Origin: an uncultured Gemmatimonadales bacterium
Lineage (GTDB): Bacteria; Gemmatimonadota; Gemmatimonadetes; Gemmatimonadales; GWC2-71-9
DNA: 64,000 bases
Direction of reading: 5' to 3'
Assembly (NCBI GenBank): GCA_963828735.1
Contig: CAWHFW010000004.1
Coordinates: 32,001 to 96,000 of the forward strand
This document shows, piece after piece, positions 1 to 7,508 of this stretch. Under the pieces are notes generated by a model. The model had not been told where the DNA came from. It saw nothing but the letters and a program-made list of their open reading frames with translations, and did not search any database. The stretch's first letter is position 1, and every line of letters starts with the position of its first letter. The translations under genes were made by a program, and so were the position numbers.

Positions 1-115
1 ACGCTCAGCTACGCGCTCGCGAACCGCTGAGTCGAGCGCCGTCGGCGCACTCCCGCTCGTCGCCCGACCTCATCCCGCGTCAACTCAAGGTTTCGACCGA
101 TCGTCCGGAGCGTTC

Positions 116-1798
116 ATGCGACTCCCGTGGATGATGGTGTGCGGCCTGCTCGCCACGGCGCCCGGCGCGCTGCACGCGCAGGACGACACCTACGACCTCC
201 TGATCCGGAACGGACGCATCATCGACGGCACCGGCTCGCCGTGGTATGCCGGGGACGTGGGCATCCGGGATGGCCGGATCGCCGCGATCGGCATGCTGCA
301 AGGCGCGGCGGCCCGGCAGACGGTCGACGCCGAGGGCCTGGTCGTCGCGCCGGGATTCATCGACATGCTCGGGCAGTCGGAGCAGACCATCCTGGTCAAT
401 CCGAGCGTCCCATCCAAGATCTTCCAGGGTATAACGACCGAGATCACCGGCGAGGGAGGCTCCGCGGGCCCGCTCAACGACTCGATCATCGCGGCCGACC
501 GCGCCAGTTACGACCACTACGGGATCACGCCCGATTGGCGGACGCTCGGTGGGTTCTTCGCCCGCCTCGAGAAGCAGGGGATCGGGATCAACGTCGCGAG
601 CTACGTCGGAGCCACGCAGGTGCGCCGCATGGTGCTGGGCGACCGTGACGTGCAGCCCACGCCGGACGAGCTGGACCGCATGAAGGCCCTGGTCCGGGAT
701 GCCATGCGCGAGGGAGCGGTGGGCGTCTCGACCGCGCTCCAGTATCCACCGGCACCCTACGCGCGCACCGAGGAGCTGATCGCGCTGGCACGGGAGGCCG
801 CGGCGCTCGGCGGCGGGTACGCGACGCACATGCGCTCCGAGGGCGCCGAGATCAACGCGGCCCTCGACGAGACGATCCGGATTGGGCGGGAGGCGCGGAT
901 CCCCGTCGAGATCTGGCACCTCAAGGTGTCGGGCAAGCAGAACTGGGGGAGAATGGCGGCCGTCGTCGCCAAGATCGACTCGGCGCGGAAGGCCGGAGTG
1001 GACATCGCGGCGGACACGTACGCCTACCCGGCCTGGTACAACTCGATGTCGGCGTTCATCCCGCCCTGGGTGAGCGACGGCGGCAGCGAGAAGCTGATCG
1101 AGCGGCTCCAGGACCCGGCGGTGCGCCGCCGCGTCCGCCGTGAGATGCTCGATCCCAAGGGCCACTGGGACAACGAGTGGCAGGAGATCCCGGGACCGTC
1201 CAGCGTGCTGATCGGCTCGGTTCAGAATCCGACGCTGGAGAAGTACCTCGGGAAGACCCTGGCCCAGGTCGCCGCGGAGCGACGGACCGACGCGATCGAC
1301 GCGCTGTTCGACGTGCTGATCGCGGACCGGGCGTACACCAGCGTCGCCGTGTTCGGCATGTCGGAGCCGGACATCGCCCTGGCGCTCAAGCAGCCGTGGG
1401 TTTCGATCGACAACGACTCGCAGGGGACATCGCCCGATGGAGTGCTCGGCCGGGAGCATCCGCATCCCCGGGCATACGGGACGTTCCCCCGCATTCTCCG
1501 GAAGTACGTGCGGGAGACATCGCTCCTCACGCTCGAGGACGCGATCCGCAAGTTCAGTTCCCTTCCCGCGCAGCGCATGCGCCTCGGCGACCGCGGCGTG
1601 CTCAAGGCGGGCATGTGGGCGGACGTCGTGGTGTTCGATCCGGCACGCGTGCGCGACAAGGCCACCTTCGCCGAGCCCAACCAGCTCTCGGAGGGAATGC
1701 GGTGGGTGCTGGTGAATGGCATTCCGGTGATCGCCGACGGCCAGGCGACCGGCGCGTTGCCGGGGCGGGTGCTGCGTGGAGCGGGGTGGCAGCGGTGA
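116..1798 (+). CDS. N-acyl-D-amino-acid deacylase family amidohydrolase, secreted
   Basis: Signal peptide (..ALHA|Q); LIRNGRIIDGTG, VAPGFID, THMRSE, HPRAYGTFPR and DRGVLKAGMWADVVVFD motifs. Confidence 0.85.
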   Translation: MRLPWMMVCGLLATAPGALHAQDDTYDLLIRNGRIIDGTGSPWYAGDVGIRDGRIAAIGMLQGAAARQTVDAEGLVVAPGFIDMLGQSEQTILVNPSVPSKIFQGITTEITGEGGSAGPLNDSIIAADRASYDHYGITPDWRTLGGFFARLEKQGIGINVASYVGATQVRRMVLGDRDVQPTPDELDRMKALVRDAMREGAVGVSTALQYPPAPYARTEELIALAREAAALGGGYATHMRSEGAEINAALDETIRIGREARIPVEIWHLKVSGKQNWGRMAAVVAKIDSARKAGVDIAADTYAYPAWYNSMSAFIPPWVSDGGSEKLIERLQDPAVRRRVRREMLDPKGHWDNEWQEIPGPSSVLIGSVQNPTLEKYLGKTLAQVAAERRTDAIDALFDVLIADRAYTSVAVFGMSEPDIALALKQPWVSIDNDSQGTSPDGVLGREHPHPRAYGTFPRILRKYVRETSLLTLEDAIRKFSSLPAQRMRLGDRGVLKAGMWADVVVFDPARVRDKATFAEPNQLSEGMRWVLVNGIPVIADGQATGALPGRVLRGAGWQR

Positions 1799-1862
1799 CG
1801 CACGGGCGGACGGCCCGGCAGTCCTACTAGCCGCGCCCACTCCGCCCCCGATAGTTTCCCGT

Positions 1863-3092
1863 ATGCTCGTCGATGTGACCTCGGAAATCGGTCCGCTCCA
1901 GACCGTACTGGTGCATACGCCCGGTCCGGAGCTCGAGGCGGTCACGCCCGGGAATCGCGAAGACTACCTGTACGACGACATCATCGACCTCGAGATCGCG
2001 CAGAAGGAGCACCGGCAGTTCGTGTCGGTGCTGCGCCGATTCGCGACGGTCCTCCAGGTACGCGACCTCCTGGCCGAGGTGCTGGCGCAGCCGGCGGCGC
2101 GGGACTTCCTCATCACCAAGACGATGGACGTGGTCGCGTCGGACGAGATCGCGCAACGCCTGGGCACGCTGCCGGCCGGTCAGATCGTCGAGATGCTGAT
2201 CGAAGGGACCCGCGAGGAGAGCGGTCCGCTGGCCCAGGCGCTCAACGAGGTCGGCTTCGCCCTGCCGCCGCTGCCCAACCTCTTCTTCCCCCGTGACGTC
2301 GGCATGGTGATCGGCCGCCAGGTGGTGGTGGGTTCCATGCGGTACGACGTCCGCTGGACCGAGGAGCTCCTCGTCAAGGCGCTGTTCACCTTTCATCCGG
2401 AGCTCGCCAACGAGGGCCTGCTGTACGACGGCTCGGAGGAGCGCCGCAGCAACTACACGCTCGAGGGCGGGGACGTCCACTACCTGCGTCCCGACCTCCT
2501 GGTGCTCGGCTTCAGCGAGCGCACCTCACCCGCGGCGCTGGACGAGCTGTGCGACACGGTGTTCGCGCAGGGCGCGGTCACCGACATCGTCGTGGTGGTG
2601 ATGCCCAAGGCGCCGACGGCGATCCACCTCGACATGATCTTCACCCACGTGGACCGGGAGCTCTGCGTCATCTATCCGCCGTACTTCGTCGGACCCGAGC
2701 GGCTGCCCGTGCTCCATCGCCGGAAAGGGGAGGCCACCGTTCGCGAGATGCCGAACCTGTTCGAGGCGCTGCGGGACGTGGGGCTTCCGATGGAGCCGGT
2801 GTTCGCCGGGGGCCAGCACCGGACCAGCCAGGAGCGCGAGCAGTGGAGCTCGGCGTGCAACTTCCTGGCGGTCCGCCCCGGCACGATCATCAGCTACCGC
2901 CGGAACGACGCCACGTTGTGCGAGCTGCAGACGGCGGGATTCCGGGTGGTCCCCGCCGTCAATTTCCTGGCCTTCGACGACTGGACCGATGCCAAGCACC
3001 GCACCGTGATCACCATCGAGGGGGCCGAGCTCGCCCGCGGGGGCGGAGGCCCGCGCTGCATGTCGCTCCCGCTCCGGCGGGCCGCGCCGTGA
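1863..3092 (+). CDS. arcA: Arginine deiminase
   Basis: VTSEIGPL..VLVHTPG, LPNLFFPRD, LEGGD, IHLD and ELARGGGGPRCMS motifs; ATG 1863 follows TAGTTT. Confidence 0.85.
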   Translation: MLVDVTSEIGPLQTVLVHTPGPELEAVTPGNREDYLYDDIIDLEIAQKEHRQFVSVLRRFATVLQVRDLLAEVLAQPAARDFLITKTMDVVASDEIAQRLGTLPAGQIVEMLIEGTREESGPLAQALNEVGFALPPLPNLFFPRDVGMVIGRQVVVGSMRYDVRWTEELLVKALFTFHPELANEGLLYDGSEERRSNYTLEGGDVHYLRPDLLVLGFSERTSPAALDELCDTVFAQGAVTDIVVVVMPKAPTAIHLDMIFTHVDRELCVIYPPYFVGPERLPVLHRRKGEATVREMPNLFEALRDVGLPMEPVFAGGQHRTSQEREQWSSACNFLAVRPGTIISYRRNDATLCELQTAGFRVVPAVNFLAFDDWTDAKHRTVITIEGAELARGGGGPRCMSLPLRRAAP

Positions 3093-3964
3093 CCGGTCTG
3101 TCGGCGCACCCCGAGAGCACCCTCCTCGAGCGCGTGCTCATCACGCTGCGCGAGGAACCTCGAGCGGCAGCCACGCTGTGTCACCGGATCCTCGGACTGC
3201 CGGGCGCGCAGGAGGCGGTGTGCGAGCGGATTGCCATCGCGCTGCTGGGCGCGGATCCCCGGGTTCGGCAGCTCACCGACGGACGATGGGCCCTCGTGCC
3301 CGAGGCCCAAGGGTCGCCGCTGCTCGACGAGTGCGCGTTCGCGGTAGTGGACGTCGAGACCACGGGGATGCGCGCGGGCGAGACCGACCGGATTACCGAG
3401 ATCGCCGTGGTCGTCGTGCGCGGCGGGCGCCGCGAGGTGGTCTTCGAGTCCCTGGTGAACCCGGGCCGGCCCATTCCACCGGCCATCTGTGCCATCACGA
3501 ACATCACCAACGAGATGGTCCAGGCGGCGCCCACCTTCGCCGAGGTGGCGGACCAGGTGCTGGCGGCGCTGGCCGGCCGCGTGTTCGTGGCCCACAACGC
3601 CCGCTTCGACTGGAACTTCCTCAGCGCCGAGGTCCGCCGCGCGCGCGACCTGGCGCTCGATGGTCCGCGCCTCTGCACCGTGCGCCTCGCCCGGCGGCTG
3701 GTGAAGGGCGTGCGCTCGTGCGGGCTCGACAACCTCACCCAGCATTTCGGATTCGACAATCCCGCGCGCCACCGCGCCACGGGCGACGCCCTCGTCACGG
3801 CGGATCTGCTGGTCCGGTTGCTCCGGCTCGCGCACGAGGAGGGCGCCCGGACGCTGCAGGACCTCGCGGCCATCGCCGCGCGGCGGACGGCTCGGGCGCG
3901 CCGGAAGCGGCTGGCCATGCCGACCCCGCCGATGGCGGATTCCGCGCCCGAGGGCGCCGCCTAG
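3089..3964 (+). CDS. DEDDh 3'-5' exonuclease (DNA polymerase III epsilon-like) with N-terminal extension
   Basis: VVDVETTG, VAHNARFD and HRATGDA motifs; GTG overlaps the arcA stop (GTGA). Confidence 0.85.
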   Translation: MTGLSAHPESTLLERVLITLREEPRAAATLCHRILGLPGAQEAVCERIAIALLGADPRVRQLTDGRWALVPEAQGSPLLDECAFAVVDVETTGMRAGETDRITEIAVVVVRGGRREVVFESLVNPGRPIPPAICAITNITNEMVQAAPTFAEVADQVLAALAGRVFVAHNARFDWNFLSAEVRRARDLALDGPRLCTVRLARRLVKGVRSCGLDNLTQHFGFDNPARHRATGDALVTADLLVRLLRLAHEEGARTLQDLAAIAARRTARARRKRLAMPTPPMADSAPEGAA

Positions 3965-3977
3965 TAGATTCGATCCC

Positions 3978-4904
3978 ATGTCTCTCGCACGCGCGTTCAC
4001 CGTCGGTGGCTTCCGCTGCCACACGCTCGAGGCCGGCCTGCAGCGCCTCGACGGCGGCGCCATGTTCGGGGTCGTGCCGCGTCCGCTGTGGGAGACGCGC
4101 GCCGCGCCGGACGAGCGGCACCGCATCCCCCTCGCCATGCGGTGCCTGCTGGTCGAGCATCCCGAGGGACCCGTGCTGATCGATACCGGCCTCGGCAATA
4201 AGGAGGACCGCAAGTTCCTCGACATCTACGGCGTCGCGAACGGGGGGCTCGAGGGCGCCACCCAGCTCGAGGACGCGCTCGCGTCGGCCGGCTTCCTGCC
4301 GCGCGACGTGCGCTGGGTCATCAACACCCACCTCCATTTCGACCACGCCGGCGGCAACACCACGATCGATCCGGAGCTGGAGAACGACCCCCGGCGGCAC
4401 ATCCGCCCGAACTTTCCCAACGCGACATACGTGGTCCAGCGCGGAGAGCTCGAGTTCGCACGCCGCACCAACGAGCGCACCCGCGCGAGCTACCTGCCAG
4501 CCAACTTCGAGCCGGTGGCCGCCGCGCACCGCTGGCAGACCGTCGAGGGCGACGCGGAGATTCTGCCGGGGATCTCGGTTCGACTGACGCCCGGCCACGT
4601 CCCGTTCCATCAGTCGGTGGTGATCCAGGATCGCGGCGAGACCGCGCTGTTCCTGGCGGACCTGATCCCGACCACCGCCCACCTGCCGCTGCCCTGGATC
4701 ATGGGGTACGATCTCGAGCCGCTGCGCACGCTGGAGAGCAAGCGCGCCATGCTCCGGGACGCGGTCGCCGGCGGCTGGCGCCTCGTGTTCGAGCACGATC
4801 CGGCCGTCGCGTCGGGCGTGGTGGTGGCGGACGGGAAGGGGGTCAGGCTGGAGGAGGTGACCAGGGTGGAGGCCCCGGCGGCGGTCGAAAGCCACCGGGC
4901 GTAG
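3978..4904 (+). CDS. MBL-fold metallo-hydrolase (YtnP-like)
   Basis: LDGGAMFGVVPR, THLHFDHAG, TPGH, ADLIP, MGYD and FEHDP motifs. Confidence 0.85.
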   Translation: MSLARAFTVGGFRCHTLEAGLQRLDGGAMFGVVPRPLWETRAAPDERHRIPLAMRCLLVEHPEGPVLIDTGLGNKEDRKFLDIYGVANGGLEGATQLEDALASAGFLPRDVRWVINTHLHFDHAGGNTTIDPELENDPRRHIRPNFPNATYVVQRGELEFARRTNERTRASYLPANFEPVAAAHRWQTVEGDAEILPGISVRLTPGHVPFHQSVVIQDRGETALFLADLIPTTAHLPLPWIMGYDLEPLRTLESKRAMLRDAVAGGWRLVFEHDPAVASGVVVADGKGVRLEEVTRVEAPAAVESHRA

Positions 4905-4973
4905 CCCGGGTCGCGATGCCGTAAGTCCCAAGATCCTACGACTTGCGCCGTGCGACCCCAGCCGGTCCTTCGG

Positions 4974-5002
4974 TTGACACACGACCCGGTCGCCGCTAGC
5001 TT
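4974..5002 (+). promoter_or_regulatory. sigma70-type promoter of the infC operon
   Basis: TTGACA (4974-4979), 17-bp spacer, TAGCTT (4997-5002). Confidence 0.8.
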
Positions 5003-5008
5003 GCCCAC

Positions 5009-5175
5009 CTTGTTCAAGCGGGGAGGAGACTCCCCCACCCTCAGCCTGCCGGCCTGGTGCCGCAGCGCACCCGGGTCCCGGCAATCGCCGCCGATGGCAG
5101 GCCTCTGGCCGCCGCGGTCTGTGGCAATCGCGGGCACCCGATCTTCGAGAGGGTGCCCGTTCTGTTGTTGGTCTC
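5009..5175 (+). ncRNA. L20-leader-like structured 5' leader with attenuator-like hairpin
   Basis: AAGCGGGGAG-GAGA-CTCCCCCACC stem-loop; hairpin CGGGCACCC/GGGTGCCCG followed by TTCTGTTGTT; lies upstream of infC-rpmI-rplT. Confidence 0.6.
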
Positions 5176-5199
5176 ACGTTTGGTCTGGAGGCGTGCCCA

Positions 5200-5721
5200 C
5201 TGTCCACGAACGACCGCGACAAGCGAGTACGAGTGAATCGAATGATCCGCATCAGCCCGGTGCGGGTCATCACAGCCGCCGGCGAGCAGTTGGGCGTGCT
5301 TCCCATCGAAGAGGCACTCGCGGCGGCACAGGAACGCGGGCTGGATCTCGTGGAAGTGGCGCCGACCGCGCGGCCGCCCGTCGTCAAGATCATGGACTAC
5401 GGGAAGTTCAAGTTCGAAGAGGCCAAGGCGGCGCGGGCGGCCAAGAAGAAGCAGCACATCATCCAGCTGAAGGAAGTGAAATACCGTCCCGGCATCGATG
5501 ATCACGACTTCGAGTTCAAGACCCGCCACGCGCGGGAGTTTCTCGGAGACGGGAACAAGGTGAAGGTGACGATGATGTTCCGCGGCCGGCAGATCGCCCA
5601 CCTCGAGCTGGGCAAGGCCGTGCTGGACCGCGTGGCCACGAGCCTCGCGGACGTCGGGAAGATCGAATCCGACGCCAAGCTCGAAGGGCGCAACATGACG
5701 ATGGTCATCGCGCCCAAGTAG
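5200..5721 (+). CDS. infC: Translation initiation factor IF-3 (probable CTG start)
   Basis: [37 protein letters not shown] and [11 protein letters not shown] motifs; GGAGG 8 nt before the in-frame CTG at 5200. Confidence 0.97.
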   Translation: MSTNDRDKRVRVNRMIRISPVRVITAAGEQLGVLPIEEALAAAQERGLDLVEVAPTARPPVVKIMDYGKFKFEEAKAARAAKKKQHIIQLKEVKYRPGIDDHDFEFKTRHAREFLGDGNKVKVTMMFRGRQIAHLELGKAVLDRVATSLADVGKIESDAKLEGRNMTMVIAPK

Positions 5722-5759
5722 GACGGAGACGACGGAGCAGACGGAGAGCCCCCTCTCCG
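5722..5759 (+). repeat. Three GACGGAG units (9-bp period) plus a short hairpin
   Basis: GACGGAG at 5722, 5731 and 5740; CGGAGAG/CTCTCCG inverted repeat. Confidence 0.6.
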
Positions 5760-5780
5760 CCGCCACCAGACGGGAGCACC

Positions 5781-5975
5781 ATGCCGAAGCAGAAGACGAA
5801 GCGCGCGGCCATGAAGCGCTTCAAGAGGACCGGGACCGGCAAGCTGAAGCGCTGGCATGCCAACCACAGCCACATCCTGACCAAGAAGGTCCGCAAGCGG
5901 AAGAACCGGCTCAAGAAGGGCGACCTCGTGAGCTCGGCGGACTTCCCGCGCGTCAATCGCCTTCTCCAGGCGTAA
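5781..5975 (+). CDS. rpmI: 50S ribosomal protein L35
   Basis: [27 protein letters not shown]. Confidence 0.97.
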   Translation: MPKQKTKRAAMKRFKRTGTGKLKRWHANHSHILTKKVRKRKNRLKKGDLVSSADFPRVNRLLQA

Positions 5976-5984
5976 GGAGCCACC

Positions 5985-6338
5985 ATGCCTCGCGTCAAGA
6001 ACGGTGTGGCCCACCACGCCCGGAAGAAGAAGATCATGGAGGCCGCCAAGGGCGCTCGCGGCGGCCGGAGCAAGCTGTACAAGGCGGCCAAGGAGACGGC
6101 CGAGCGCGCCATGCGGTACGCCTACCGCGACCGGCGCAAGAAGAAGTCGGAGTTCCGCGCGCTCTGGATCACGCGCATCAACGCGGCCGCGCGGATCCAC
6201 GGTCTGAGCTACAGCCGTCTCGTGGCGGGCCTCAAGAAAGGCGGCGTCGAGATCAACCGGAAGGTCCTGGCGGACCTCGCCGTACGCGACGCGGACGCCT
6301 TCGGTCGGCTGGCCGAGGTCGCGAAGAACAACCAGTAA
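5985..6338 (+). CDS. rplT: 50S ribosomal protein L20
   Basis: [41 protein letters not shown]. Confidence 0.98.
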   Translation: MPRVKNGVAHHARKKKIMEAAKGARGGRSKLYKAAKETAERAMRYAYRDRRKKKSEFRALWITRINAAARIHGLSYSRLVAGLKKGGVEINRKVLADLAVRDADAFGRLAEVAKNNQ

Positions 6339-6361
6339 GGTCGCCGGCTCTTGCTACCGCC

Positions 6362-6398
6362 CAATGGGGCCGTTCGCGCTCGGCGGGCGGCCCCATTG
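6362..6398. other. Stem-loop between rplT and pheS
   Basis: Perfect 11-bp inverted repeat CAATGGGGCCG/CGGCCCCATTG with no U tract. Confidence 0.55.
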
Positions 6399-6413
6399 AC
6401 GCATGACCGACCC

Positions 6414-7508
6414 GTGTCCGTGAGCACTGCATCCGTGTCCACAGGTTACCCCGATCTCGACGCGTTCCTGCCGCGCCTCGAGGCCATCCCCGCGCTCGAC
6501 GCCGATGCTCTGGAGGCGGAGCACACCGCCATCCTGGGCCGGAAGAGTGGCGCGCTCACGGCCGCGCTCAAGGCGCTCGCCACGCTTCCGGTCGAGGAGC
6601 GGAAGCGCTACGGCGCGGCCGTGAACCAGCTGAAGGCCCGGTTCGAGACCGCTTTCGCCGCGCGCCGCGAGGCGCTCGACGCCGAGCGTCGGCGGCGCGA
6701 GGCGGCCGGCGTGGACCTGACCATGCCGGGACGCGGGCGCTGGGTGGGCGCCGAGCATCCGGTCACCAGGGTGGTGGACGAGATCGTGGGCATCTTTCGC
6801 GAGCTCGGATTCGCCGTGGCCACGGGGCCCGAGGTCGAGACCGAGTGGTACAACTTCCTCGCGCTCAACTTCCCGGCCGACCACCCGGCCATGGACATGC
6901 ACGACACGCTCTACCTCGACGCGGCGCCGGTGACGGGCGAGCCGTCGGGAAAGCTCCTGCTTCGCACCCATACCTCGCCGGTGCAGATCCGGACCTTGCT
7001 GGCGGCCCCGCCGCCCGTGCGGGTGGTCATTCCAGGCATGGTCTACCGGAACGACGCCATCGACGCCTCGCACCTCCCGGCCTTTTCCCAGATCGAGGGC
7101 CTCGCGGTGGACGAGGGAATCTCGTTCGTCGATCTCAAGGCCACGCTGAACCATTTCGCGCATCGCTTCTTCTCCTCCACGACGAAGACCCGGTTCCGGC
7201 CCTCGTTCTTCCCGTTCACCGAGCCGTCGGCCGAGATGGACGTCGAGTGCCAGCTGTGTCATGGCGGTGGCTGTCCCGCGTGCAAGGGCACCGGGTGGAT
7301 GGAGATTCTCGGGTGCGGCATGGTGCACGAAGCCGTGCTGGAAAACGTGAAGCTCGATCCGGAGAAGTACACCGGCTGGGCGTTCGGCATGGGGCCGCAC
7401 CGGATCGCGCTGCTGCGCTACGGCGTGCCGGACATCCGTCTGCTGCTTGGCGGGGACATGCGGTTTCTCGAGGCCGTGGGTCGCCCGGGGACGACGAGCC
7501 GCGCATGA
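6414..7508 (+). CDS. pheS: Phenylalanine--tRNA ligase alpha subunit
   Basis: HPAMDMHDT, LRTHTSPVQIR, FRPSFFPFTEPS, CxxC..CxxC and FGMG motifs; start uncertain (GTG 6414/6420/6435). Confidence 0.97.
   Translation: MSVSTASVSTGYPDLDAFLPRLEAIPALDADALEAEHTAILGRKSGALTAALKALATLPVEERKRYGAAVNQLKARFETAFAARREALDAERRRREAAGVDLTMPGRGRWVGAEHPVTRVVDEIVGIFRELGFAVATGPEVETEWYNFLALNFPADHPAMDMHDTLYLDAAPVTGEPSGKLLLRTHTSPVQIRTLLAAPPPVRVVIPGMVYRNDAIDASHLPAFSQIEGLAVDEGISFVDLKATLNHFAHRFFSSTTKTRFRPSFFPFTEPSAEMDVECQLCHGGGCPACKGTGWMEILGCGMVHEAVLENVKLDPEKYTGWAFGMGPHRIALLRYGVPDIRLLLGGDMRFLEAVGRPGTTSRA

Noticed and set aside
1..30. Possible 3' end of an upstream gene (TLSYALANR*)
   Set aside because: Too short to assign.
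6845..7504. N-terminal extension of the pheT ORF, and similar extensions on nadK, the exonuclease, zapA and the last receiver gene
   Set aside because: Each overlaps the upstream gene; recognisable sequence begins at the downstream coupled start.
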